A stretch of 64,000 bases of DNA. Origin: Ignavibacteria bacterium (GTDB lineage: Bacteria; Bacteroidota; Ignavibacteria; Kapaibacteriales; Kapaibacteriaceae). Of this stretch, positions 1 through 8,516 are shown piece after piece (within the stretch, counting starts at the first letter, position 1; each line of letters begins with the position of its first letter). Made by a program: the position numbers and the translations under genes. The stretch spans positions 314,152-378,151 of the forward strand of contig VGVV01000002.1 in the NCBI GenBank assembly GCA_016873895.1. Direction: 5' to 3'. Below the pieces are notes generated by a model that was not told the DNA's origin, made no database searches, and saw only the letters and a program-made list of their open reading frames with translations.

Positions 1-30
1 CACAAATAATGCACAATAGAGGCATTCTGT

Positions 31-450
31 ATGTCTGCACAGATCGTAGACGTTGAATGGAAACATGATCTTACGTTCGACGCTCATCAACAGGGGCGTA
101 CATTCACGATCATGTCCAGTCCTACAGATGATCCAGAGCAACGGGCTGTGTCACCTAAGCAACTCCTTCTTACAGGGCTGGCAGGATGTACAGGACTCGA
201 CCTTGCCTCGCTGCTTCCTAAGATGCGTGTTCCGTTCAGCTCTCTTCGTGTAAGCATAGAGGCAACACTCTCAGAAGAGCATCCGAAAACATACGTGTCC
301 ATGCACATAGTCTACAGCGTGGGCTGCAGTCTTGAGCATTTGGAATCCGTAGAACGTGCCGTGGAGTTGTCGATTACGAAGTATTGTGGCGTATACGCGA
401 TGCTTGAAAAAGCCTCGCAGATCACCCATGAAGTACGGATCGAAGCATAG
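31..450 (+). CDS. OsmC/Ohr-family peroxiredoxin-like protein
   Basis: 139 aa ORF with conserved paired Cys (GLAGCTG ... SVGCSL) as in OsmC/Ohr hydroperoxide resistance proteins. Confidence 0.7.
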   Translation: MSAQIVDVEWKHDLTFDAHQQGRTFTIMSSPTDDPEQRAVSPKQLLLTGLAGCTGLDLASLLPKMRVPFSSLRVSIEATLSEEHPKTYVSMHIVYSVGCSLEHLESVERAVELSITKYCGVYAMLEKASQITHEVRIEA

Positions 451-1072
451 TGTCGATGTGGTCGTATGGCGCATAGCCATTCGACAGCATGTGCACGTTG
501 TCTTCGATTTCCAAGAGTAGGGTAGGGAAGCCCCCTATACCCAGCGAGCCAACATACTCAAACTCGTCTGCCACCGCGTCGTGTATCTCAGACGAATTCA
601 TAAGCTCTACGAATTCGTCTGATTCAATACCTACCTCTGAAGCCAGCTTGCGGTAGGTGTCTTCGTTGTTCAGATCCAAACCATCGGCGTAGAGAGCCCG
701 CTGCAGCCTGTGGCTAAATTCAAGTGTTAACTCGGGACGCAGCGCGCGCATGGTTTCAAGGGCTCTGGAAGGGGGCTCGCTATCGAGCACGATGTCCTGA
801 CGCGTAAGCAGCCCATGTAGAAACGAATCGCCAAAGGTAACGCCGGTAGTTTCCTCTACACGTTGGCGTGCCTCACTTATAGAGTCTGCCATTTCCGAGA
901 GTGCACGCGTGTTGTAGCCAGTTATCATGCCACCTGAATAGACTACAACCTCAAGGTGTTCAGACCATTCTTCTGCGATAAGCATAATTGTTGGACCGAA
1001 GCCATAGCACCATCCGCAGAGGGTGTCTTGGAAGTAATGCAGGGTAGGACGTTCTCGAAGTTCGGAGTTCAT
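422..1072 (-). CDS. DsbA-family (FrnE-like) thiol:disulfide oxidoreductase
   Basis: 216 aa; N-terminal CGWCY thioredoxin-fold active-site motif typical of the DsbA/FrnE family. Confidence 0.7.
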   Translation of the reverse strand: MNSELRERPTLHYFQDTLCGWCYGFGPTIMLIAEEWSEHLEVVVYSGGMITGYNTRALSEMADSISEARQRVEETTGVTFGDSFLHGLLTRQDIVLDSEPPSRALETMRALRPELTLEFSHRLQRALYADGLDLNNEDTYRKLASEVGIESDEFVELMNSSEIHDAVADEFEYVGSLGIGGFPTLLLEIEDNVHMLSNGYAPYDHIDTMLRSVLHG

Positions 1073-2304
1073 GCCGTTTGCAGTCTGGTGCGAAGTGCAG
1101 TATCGATCTCATCGAGAAACTCCTGTGTATACAAGTAGTGCTCGCCGTGATGTACCTTATTGCCATGTATGCACACGGCAAGGTCCTTCGTCATTTTGCC
1201 TTGCTCAACGATATCGATGCAGACGCGCTCGAGGGTGTGGCAAAAGTTTACCAACTCTTGGTTGCCATCGAGCTTGCCGCGAAACTCCAAGCCCCGCGTC
1301 CATGCAAAGATCGAGGCAATAGGATTCGTTGATGTAGGCTTACCGTGCTGATGGTCGCGGTAGTGGCGCGTAACGGTTCCGTGCGCAGCCTCAGCTTCTA
1401 TCGTTTTGCCGTCAGGGGTTACAAGAACCGACGTCATAAGCCCGAGCGATCCGAAGCCCTGCGCTACAGTATCGGATTGCACGTCGCCGTCGTAGTTCTT
1501 ACAAGCCCAGACAAAGTTGCCATTCCACTTTAACGCCGAGGCAACCATGTCATCGATAAGACGGTGTTCATAGGTTATGCCAGCAGCTTCGAATTGGGCC
1601 TTAAACTCGTTTACATAGATCTCTTCGAAGATGTCCTTGAAACGTCCGTCGTACTTCTTCAGGATAGTATTCTTCGTGCTCAAATACAATGGCCAGCCTT
1701 TACCGAGGGCCTGATTCATGCAAGCCCGCGCAAACCCCATGATAGACTCATCGGTGTTGTACATTGCCAGGGCAACGCCATCGCTTTTGAAGTTGTATAC
1801 TTCGAAGCTTTGTGGATTTGATCCATCTTCGGGTGTGAACGTTACGGTAAGCTTGCCTTTGCCCTTCGTAACAAAGTCTGTTGCTCTGTACTGGTCACCA
1901 AATGCATGGCGTCCGATGCATATCGGTGCAGTCCAATTGGGCACAAGCCTGGGAACGTTGCTACAAACGATCGGTTCGCGAAATACCGTACCATCGAGAA
2001 TGTTCCGTATAGTACCATTGGGAGACTTCCACATCTGCTTTAGACTAAATTCCTTTAGACGCGCTTCATCAGGCGTGATCGTAGCACACTTGATCCCAAC
2101 ATTGTATTGTTTGATTGCCTCTGCAGCGTCAATCGTTACTTGGTCGTTGGTTGCATCACGATATTCCATACCAAGATCGAAATACTTGATATCAAGCTCG
2201 AGATATGGCAGGATCAACTTGTCCTTGATGAACTTCCAAATAATACGCGTCATTTCATCTCCGTCGAGTTCAACGACGGGATTGGCCACGTGAATCTTAT
2301 TCAT
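1069..2304 (-). CDS. icd: NADP-dependent isocitrate dehydrogenase (monomer-of-dimer, ~410 aa type)
   Basis: 411 aa with strong IDH signatures (NPxxEL.., [13 protein letters not shown]-like blocks); overlaps upstream gene stop by 4 nt. Confidence 0.85.
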   Translation of the reverse strand: MNKIHVANPVVELDGDEMTRIIWKFIKDKLILPYLELDIKYFDLGMEYRDATNDQVTIDAAEAIKQYNVGIKCATITPDEARLKEFSLKQMWKSPNGTIRNILDGTVFREPIVCSNVPRLVPNWTAPICIGRHAFGDQYRATDFVTKGKGKLTVTFTPEDGSNPQSFEVYNFKSDGVALAMYNTDESIMGFARACMNQALGKGWPLYLSTKNTILKKYDGRFKDIFEEIYVNEFKAQFEAAGITYEHRLIDDMVASALKWNGNFVWACKNYDGDVQSDTVAQGFGSLGLMTSVLVTPDGKTIEAEAAHGTVTRHYRDHQHGKPTSTNPIASIFAWTRGLEFRGKLDGNQELVNFCHTLERVCIDIVEQGKMTKDLAVCIHGNKVHHGEHYLYTQEFLDEIDTALRTRLQTA

Positions 2305-2346
2305 GTTTCGATTTCCTAGGTTTTCGAAAATTGGATACTCGATGTC

Positions 2347-2964
2347 TTAAAACGCGAACATAAGGCCTGCGGTGAACATCGAGACCTTATACTTGTTAAT
2401 GGAGTACTCAGTTGGCGGATTGCCGGCAGCGCTCGTCCATGTTTGCGGCTCAAAGACAGACGTTAACGGTAGAACATATCCGAGCAACAGGTCTATTCCA
2501 GAGATTGAGCTCATGCGCTCTACAAGGCGAAACCGCAGTGACCCGATTCCGTTGAATACCGCAGTGTTGTAACCTGCTAGAGACCCAGAGGCATTATCTC
2601 GTGTGCGGCTTCCGTTCTCAAATGTTAGACTGGCAGGTTCTTGCAAAGTTTCCGACTGCACATATCCAGCTGAGGCGATGATATAGCCATTGGCACCAAG
2701 ACCAAGCCAAACATTCTTCACGACAGGGTACTCAAACAACACGTCGATAGGCACGGTATGAAAGGTTACGTCGAGATTGTGCTGAAATACGGCATTAGCC
2801 GAGCCCTGCCCTGGAACAAAGACTCAATTGGTTGAAAATGATTCGAATGAAACAGGAAGCTGCGTATACCCAGTGCGTAACGAAAGCCGCAGGCCGTCGT
2901 CTGTACGTGGCAGGCTAGCTCCAATGAACCCTCCATAGCCGATACCGTTTGAGTTATTGATCCG
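2347..2964 (-). pseudogene. Degenerate paralog of the His-rich outer-membrane beta-barrel gene (4382..5290). It lacks the N-terminal third and carries an in-frame TGA at 2824-2826.
   Basis: The minus-strand translation reads ...NSNGIGYGGFIGASLPRTDDGLRLSLRTGYTQLPVSFESFSTN*VFVPGQGSANAVFQHNLDV...LMFAF. It aligns colinearly with SSKGIGYGFELAM...VAFESFSTEKAFTGGVVSGTALFRHTLDV...LGLAF of the intact copy. The TGA falls at a Lys position of that copy. No start codon or signal peptide is present. Confidence 0.5.
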
Positions 2965-4114
2965 TCAACAATGTTTGCGCTGGAAACAGAATTGTTAGCT
3001 AGAGTTGGATTCGGATACGTACCTGCCAGTGCGTCGCCCGCTGGACCACTTTGCGCTGTTGGTGCGATTGGAATCTGGTAGGCCGTAAGAACGCGTCCGG
3101 ATGAATCAACAGCGATAACAGCCGAATGTGTTGTTGATCCGTATTGTCCGGGGATAACTCCGGTTGGCACAAGCTTCTGGGTTGTAACGTTGTAGTCAAC
3201 AATCTTCGATGTAGTTACACTGTTATCAGCCAACTCGGTTGTTGTAACTGCTGCACGCGCAATCTTTTCGGTCGTGATTACACCATTCTTAATCGTTGGT
3301 GCTGGATAGAATCCGGTAAGCTCTCCACCTCCTGCGCCACCAAGAGGCACGCCAATGATTGGAACTTGCTCTGCAAACGTAACGCGGCCTTGTTCGTCAA
3401 CACGAAGTACCGTGCTCGAATTCGAAGAACCGAAAGGTCCGAGCGGGCCGTTGTGCATTTCCTGCAATTGAGCTGCCCCAACTGTATTGTCGTCAATCTT
3501 GAGGTTTAACGCATTGAGAGGTCCGCTTACGGTAATGTCTGATCCAGCTCGTGATGCAGTCCCTTGAATGCGAGCAGCATTGATCGCAGTGGTGCCGGTG
3601 TTGTTGATTACACCGATCAGCACATCGCCCATGTTGTTTGATGGGTTGTTGATGGACTTGCGGATGGAATCAGCAACCTCGCGAGTAACGGACGAGGCGA
3701 TCTCAGCAGACTTTGCGTTTAATGCATTCAAAGCATATGGCACGGCTGTTAAAAACACACGCGGAGCAATTTCGGCCCGACTGTTGATGGACGTTCCCAT
3801 CCACAGATGCTGATCAAATGAGATGTTTAGTGGAGTTTTCTCTCCGAGTATCACACCAAAGACGCCGCCACTGGTTGTAACGGTATGGCGCTCGGTCCAA
3901 ATGCCCGATCCAGCCGTAGCGTTCGTGTACAGAGTGAGATCACCTGTCCATACACAGTCACATACGGGAATGCCAGTTGTATCAATCAGCACACCTTGGT
4001 ACGTAATTATTTTTTCGGAATACCTTGTTGTGCGGAAACGCCGCTCGTTGCAAGGACTAACAAAAGACTCATACACACCGCTGACAGGCAGCAACTGAGA
4101 GACAAAACAGACAT
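2766..4114 (-). CDS. Paralog of the large cell-surface repeat protein (6212..7981), disrupted. The signal peptide (4007..4114) is in a different frame from the mature domain, and the 3' end runs out of frame into the degenerate barrel paralog.
   Basis: The mature region aligns to 6212..7981 (EKIITYQGVLIDTTG / RQISYQGIIYDATG; ISFDQHLWMGTSINSRAEIAPRVFLTAVPYALNA / VNFNQHLWLSLSVNGRTELAPRTFLTAVPYALNA). The signal peptide MSVLSLSCCLSAVCMSLLLVLATSGVSAQQGIPKK* terminates at an A6 run. A seventh A would restore GIPKKIITYQG. Confidence 0.5.
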
Positions 4115-4381
4115 ACCTAACCCCTGAGAGAAATGACCTTGTAATCCCGCTTGGATGAGCACTATCTACTAAATGTTGCTATGAGTGCGGTTCGCGGGAA
4201 CGCCGCAAAACTATACTGCACGGGGCTAGACTTTGCACTGCATGGTGTGGATAACACAGCGTAGTCATACACCAAGTATACTATGGCTGTGATGATTGTG
4301 CAGTGATGAACAGTATCTGTCCAAACGAAAAGGGCACCCAATTATGGATGCCCTTGTTGGAGTAGCGATGTGTCTTGTGAA

Positions 4382-5290
4382 CTAGAACGCGAGACCTAAT
4401 CCAGCGGATATCATTGCTACGGTGTATGAGTCTATATAAAATTGCGCTGGCGGATTACCATACATGCCACTCCACTTGTGTGGGTTGAACAACGGCTGCA
4501 GCGGCAATGAGTAGCGACCAAAGATGTCAACGCCGATCGTACCGATCTGCTTTTCAACCAAGCGTATACGCGCAGAGCCTGTAGCGCTAAAAACAAAATC
4601 GTTGTTGCCACGCACGTAGCCATTTCGATCGAGACGCGTACGAGTGCCACTTTCAAACACAAGATTGGATGGCTCTTCCAACGTTTCAGTTTGATGATAT
4701 CTGCCAGTAGCGAAGAAGTTTCCATCTAGGCCGAGGCCAAGAAAGAAGCCACCAAACAAGGGGTACTCCATGCGAGCCCCAAAGGTGACTACTGACCATG
4801 ATACATCGAGTGTATGACGGAACAGCGCGGTTCCCGAGACAACGCCTCCAGTGAACGCCTTCTCGGTTGAGAAGGATTCGAATGCAACAGGCATGTGCTG
4901 ATAGCCAACGTGTGGAGTTACCACAAATCCGTCGGCCGATACTGGAGTGGTCATGGCAAGTTCGAATCCGTACCCTATGCCCTTGCTGCTAGTAAAGCCA
5001 GTGCAACAGTTCTCAACAGGTGGCAGTGAATTGAATGAGCCATTGTGAGCGGCCTGTGTTCCAAAAACACTAAGGCTTATCTCGTCGTGGCTATGCTTCT
5101 TGCCATGATTGTGCACATGCTCATGATCATCTGCGAGCTCATGTACATGCGCATGATCATGAGGCTGGGAATTCTGCGTGGCATGCTCGTGCTGATGGTT
5201 GTCGTGATCGACAGGGACCGTCTGGGCCTGCATGCTCACCGAGAGTGCAGCATAAGCACAGACAACAACAGTTGATAGGAGTTTTATCAT
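4382..5290 (-). CDS. Outer-membrane beta-barrel protein with a His-rich (metal-binding-like) N-terminal segment
   Basis: It has a signal peptide (MIKLLSTVVVCAYAALSVSMQAQ). The His/Asp/Glu-rich tract is HDNHQHEHATQNSQPHDHAHVHELADDHEHVHNHGKKHSHDE. The C-terminus is the aromatic LGLAF, as in OM barrels. Its start overlaps the upstream gene by 4 nt (ATGA). Confidence 0.6.
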   Translation of the reverse strand: MIKLLSTVVVCAYAALSVSMQAQTVPVDHDNHQHEHATQNSQPHDHAHVHELADDHEHVHNHGKKHSHDEISLSVFGTQAAHNGSFNSLPPVENCCTGFTSSKGIGYGFELAMTTPVSADGFVVTPHVGYQHMPVAFESFSTEKAFTGGVVSGTALFRHTLDVSWSVVTFGARMEYPLFGGFFLGLGLDGNFFATGRYHQTETLEEPSNLVFESGTRTRLDRNGYVRGNNDFVFSATGSARIRLVEKQIGTIGVDIFGRYSLPLQPLFNPHKWSGMYGNPPAQFYIDSYTVAMISAGLGLAF

Positions 5291-6192
5291 GGTAGTTTCA
5301 CCATAATAGTCCGTACAACATCGTTATCTGTATAGATAGCAACGGTATATGATCCAGCAGGTATTACCTGCAGCTCAACCGAGGTAAGAGGCCATGTAGA
5401 GCCCGCCTCAACACGTTCGGCTGTATAGATAACGTTGCCGTGGACATCTGTAATAACGAGCGTGCCTGTCTGCTGCCGCTCAGAGTATGTCCGCATTGTG
5501 AATGATGACCCTGTAACAGGGTTAGGTGCAATCATTACTGCCATCTTGGATGGATCTTTGAGAAGGCGCGTTGATCCGTACGTGTTGCAGAGCCCGCGAA
5601 GTGTTACAGCCCCTGCTGTGGATTGGATAAACTGACGTTGTGCATCCTTCCAGCGGAAGGACTCAACGCGCACGTCTGTTGTAGAGTCATTGCCCAAACG
5701 CCCCATCAATAGCAGGCGAGCAATCACCCCTCCATTTGTTGTGGCTGTTCCTGAAACAGTAATAGTGTACCGATCTCCATCATCAACAAGCGAATCATAG
5801 CGAAGGGGCTCTAAAACTGTCCGATTGAAACTCACCTTGAGTTCCCAATCGCGAGACGTTGTGCTTGTTTGGAACAGTGCACATGATGCCGCGTATGTAA
5901 CATCGAGAGCGAATGTGTCGCCGATTTGCTTAACAACACTATCGATGCCAAGTAGCGTAGACTCGTAGTACTTCTGTACAGCATTGCCGTGACTGATGAT
6001 GCCAGAGCGTACGATTGGATCTAGTCCATTTTCGCCAACCATTGGCAAACCAACAGCCCCCTGCACACCGTAATCTCCTAGCATCGTGGAGCTCGTTGTT
6101 CCGCTCGTGATTGCACCACTGACTACGATCTGACTTTGCAGCACAGATGTGACTGTGCAAAGCAGACTGGCTATGATAAATAGATGTTTCAT
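5287..6192 (-). CDS. Secreted protein with a T9SS C-terminal sorting domain (Por_Secre_tail-like)
   Basis: It has a signal peptide. The C-terminal ~80 aa (IAPNPVTGSSFTMRTY...VITDVHGNVIYTAERVEAGSTWPLTSVELQVIPAGSYTVAIYTDNDVVRTIMVKLP) fits the T9SS type-A CTD pattern. Confidence 0.65.
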   Translation of the reverse strand: MKHLFIIASLLCTVTSVLQSQIVVSGAITSGTTSSTMLGDYGVQGAVGLPMVGENGLDPIVRSGIISHGNAVQKYYESTLLGIDSVVKQIGDTFALDVTYAASCALFQTSTTSRDWELKVSFNRTVLEPLRYDSLVDDGDRYTITVSGTATTNGGVIARLLLMGRLGNDSTTDVRVESFRWKDAQRQFIQSTAGAVTLRGLCNTYGSTRLLKDPSKMAVMIAPNPVTGSSFTMRTYSERQQTGTLVITDVHGNVIYTAERVEAGSTWPLTSVELQVIPAGSYTVAIYTDNDVVRTIMVKLP

Positions 6193-6211
6193 AGGTAGTG
6201 GTTCCAGAAGA

Positions 6212-7960
6212 TTAAGTGGTTGCCATCAAGACCCATTTACCCAATGTTCCAGAGTAAATGAATGTGATCGATTGGTTGTTACCAATTGTCTTGTTCGCAA
6301 CCCCTAGGATCAATTGATTGTCAGCGGCAGAGCGAGCATCTTCATTTTGGAACGTTATGTCCTTAGTCGACTGATTGATGATAATGATCACACGACCGTT
6401 TGCACCGTTTTGGAAACCCGTCACGTCTGCAGCCTGATTAGCATTTATCATGCGGAAAAAGGCATGCCCAGAGATGTTGATGTTATTGACAACGGTAGTA
6501 GTGCCTTTTAACTGATTGATGTCGATGGCAGTACCTTCACCCAAAATCAATTGCTTGATATTTTCGGTAGGGTTTGCAGGAATCCACTTGTTCGAGTCAG
6601 CATCAAAAATCAACGCGTCCCCATCATTGGGATTTAACACCGGATCTACTGCTTTTCCACCAATCGAGGCTGCTGTCGCGGTAACAGCAGCAGGCTTCCA
6701 TGTATTTGCTGTTGCATCCCACGTAAGAACTTGGTTGTTCGCTGGGGCTGCAGCAGCTACTGCTCTACCTTGAAGACCGTCAACCGTCGGATTAGGATAT
6801 GACCCGTCTAAGTCACCGCCGGCAGCACCGGTAGGTGCTGCGCCTGTAATTGTCACATTCTGTGCTAATGCAATGCGGCCGTTAGCGTCAACAGTAAACT
6901 GACCGACTTGCGTGCCAGAACCGTAAACACCAGCTGTGACACCGGTCGTGCTCATTTTCGCACCAGTAACTGCACCATCAGCGAGCTTTGCTGAAATGAT
7001 TGACCCCGCCGCAAGTTTTGCAGCAGTGACGGAGCTGTCAGCAAGTTTTGGTGTGGTTACTGAGTTGGCAGCCAACTTAGCAGCAGTTACAGAGCTGTCA
7101 GCAAGTTTAACTGTGGTAACAGAGTTGGCAGCGAGCTTTGCTGCCGTAACTGAACTGTCGGCAATCTTAGACGTGGTTACAGAGTTAGCCGCAAGTTTGA
7201 TCCCAGTAATAGTGCTATCGGCAATCTTCGCAGCTGTTACTGCATTATTGGCAATTGTTGGGTTTGGATATGTTCCAGCAAGGTCTCCACCGGCTGCACC
7301 ACTTGGGCTAACCCCAGAAATTGGCACTTGCGTGGCCGTAACAACGCGTCCCTGTGGATCAATAGTAATGACGGCCGATTCTGTTGCAGAGCCTATGGGG
7401 CCTATTGTTCTGGGGTGAATCTCTTCTAACTCTATTGCGCCAATTGTGTTAGGCCTAATTGTAAGGTTCATGCTATCAAGGCTGCCCGACACGTCGATGT
7501 CCGAGCCAGCAACTGCGGCAAGGCGGCCACGAATCTTGAAGACTACCGAATCAGCCACGTCATTTGCCATTCCCGACATATTCGACCACTCTGCATTGAG
7601 TGCGTACGGAACAGCAGTCAGGAATGTGCGTGGTGCCAGCTCGGTTCTGCCATTTACTGATAAACTGAGCCAGAGATGCTGATTAAAGTTGACGTTAAGG
7701 GGCGAGTTGTTGCCGAGCACTACGCTAAACATGCCAGATTTTGTCTGGATCGTGTGGCGCTCAAACCAAACAGGTGCTCCGCCGGCTGCCAGGTTGTACA
7801 TTGCAAAGTCCACAATGTATGTGCTGTCACACGCTGCAATGCCTGTCGCGTCGTAGATAATGCCTTGGTAAGAAATCTGCCTCGGAATGCCAGGCTGGGC
7901 GTTCGTTGCCACACCCAAAACAAGTAATGCAACGACGAGTACGCCAAGTTGTTTGCACAT
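6212..7960 (-). CDS. Large cell-surface repeat protein (adhesin or fibre-like) that contains about ten copies of a 10-aa xKLAxxSVTx repeat
   Basis: 589 aa ORF whose likely start is Met8 (MCKQLGVLVVALLVLGVATNAQ signal peptide). It is Gly/Thr/Ala-rich with AGTYPNPT motifs. It is paralogous to 2766..4094. Confidence 0.6.
   Translation of the reverse strand: MCKQLGVLVVALLVLGVATNAQPGIPRQISYQGIIYDATGIAACDSTYIVDFAMYNLAAGGAPVWFERHTIQTKSGMFSVVLGNNSPLNVNFNQHLWLSLSVNGRTELAPRTFLTAVPYALNAEWSNMSGMANDVADSVVFKIRGRLAAVAGSDIDVSGSLDSMNLTIRPNTIGAIELEEIHPRTIGPIGSATESAVITIDPQGRVVTATQVPISGVSPSGAAGGDLAGTYPNPTIANNAVTAAKIADSTITGIKLAANSVTTSKIADSSVTAAKLAANSVTTVKLADSSVTAAKLAANSVTTPKLADSSVTAAKLAAGSIISAKLADGAVTGAKMSTTGVTAGVYGSGTQVGQFTVDANGRIALAQNVTITGAAPTGAAGGDLDGSYPNPTVDGLQGRAVAAAAPANNQVLTWDATANTWKPAAVTATAASIGGKAVDPVLNPNDGDALIFDADSNKWIPANPTENIKQLILGEGTAIDINQLKGTTTVVNNINISGHAFFRMINANQAADVTGFQNGANGRVIIIINQSTKDITFQNEDARSAADNQLILGVANKTIGNNQSITFIYSGTLGKWVLMATT
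6955..7255. repeat. Intragenic 30-nt (10-codon) tandem repeat, about 10 copies, encoding (A/S)KLA(D/A)(S/N)SVT(T/A)
   Basis: The same motif recurs at 30/60-nt spacing in the DNA (gcagcaagttttg...acagagttggcagc...). In the protein it reads KLADSSVTAAKLAANSVTT x4-5. Confidence 0.6.
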
Positions 7961-8235
7961 GCTGTAGAACTGTGAACTCATGCCTATAACTCCATGATGA
8001 GTAAAGTTTGTAATCGCATTTAAGACAAGTGGGGATAAAATACGGTTTTATCGTCCGTATGCAATTATCCACATGAAGCCTTGGTTATTCCACATTTATT
8101 CACAACTGTGGAAATCTATACTGTGAAACTGTTGCGAGGTTCGTCAGGAAATGCTAAGTAGTTGTAAAATATTATTGTTGAGAGTTTCTACAGCGCGGGA
8201 GCACTGCTGTGCACATGCGAATCACCATAGCAATA

Positions 8236-8260
8236 AAAAAAGCGCCCCTAGGCGCTTTTG
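8236..8260 (-). terminator. Rho-independent terminator downstream of tRNA-Arg
   Basis: aaaaaaAGCGCCcctaGGCGCTtttg: a GC stem flanked by an A-run and a T-run, so it is bidirectional in form. Confidence 0.6.
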
Positions 8261-8293
8261 TATCCAACTCTTACTTGTGGGTAACAATATCAG

Positions 8294-8367
8294 CGGCCTC
8301 GAGAGGATTCGAACCTCCGACCCACGCTTTAGGAAAGCGTCGCTCTATCCGGCTGAGCTACGAGGCC
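8294..8367 (-). tRNA. tRNA-Arg (anticodon CCT)
   Basis: GGCCTCGTAGCTCAGCCGGATAGAGCGACGCTTTCCTAAAGCGTGGGTCGGAGGTTCGAATCCTCTCGAGGCCG folds into a cloverleaf with a 7-bp acceptor stem and a T-loop TTCGAAT. The anticodon loop is TTCCTAA. Confidence 0.85.
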
Positions 8368-8385
8368 TTAAGATGATTACAGATT

Positions 8386-8515
8386 ACCAGTTACTAATGA
8401 CTAATGACTAATTACGAATTACCAATGACCAATTACCAATGACCAATTACTGACTGGGTGTCGCTCAATTTACCAATGGTAACTCGTCATTCGTCATTAG
8501 TCATTCGTACCTGAC
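8386..8515. repeat. Repeat-rich intergenic element. It has 14-bp direct repeats (aattaccaatgacc x2.5) and TAATGAC heptamers, with an inverted copy (gtcattcgtcattagtcattcg) forming a long imperfect palindrome.
   Basis: Read directly from the sequence: actaatgactaatgac (8392-8407) pairs with gtcattagtcatt (8495-8507). The nearly palindromic ttaccaatggtaa lies at 8470-8482. Confidence 0.5.
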
Positions 8516-8516
8516 T

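Noticed and set aside
2824-2826. Possible selenocysteine recoding at the in-frame TGA in the barrel paralog
   Set aside because: There is no SECIS-like hairpin downstream and no sel genes in the window. The gene also lacks a start codon and a signal peptide, so pseudogenisation is the simpler explanation.
6936-7418. A 160-aa plus-strand ORF antisense to the surface repeat protein
   Set aside because: It is a shadow ORF produced by the periodic repeat.
8151-8411. An 86-aa plus-strand ORF spanning the tRNA-Arg gene
   Set aside because: It overlaps a well-supported tRNA and the repeat element, so it is spurious.
8386-8515. A CRISPR array
   Set aside because: The element is 14-bp direct repeats and palindromes without unique spacers, and no cas genes lie nearby.
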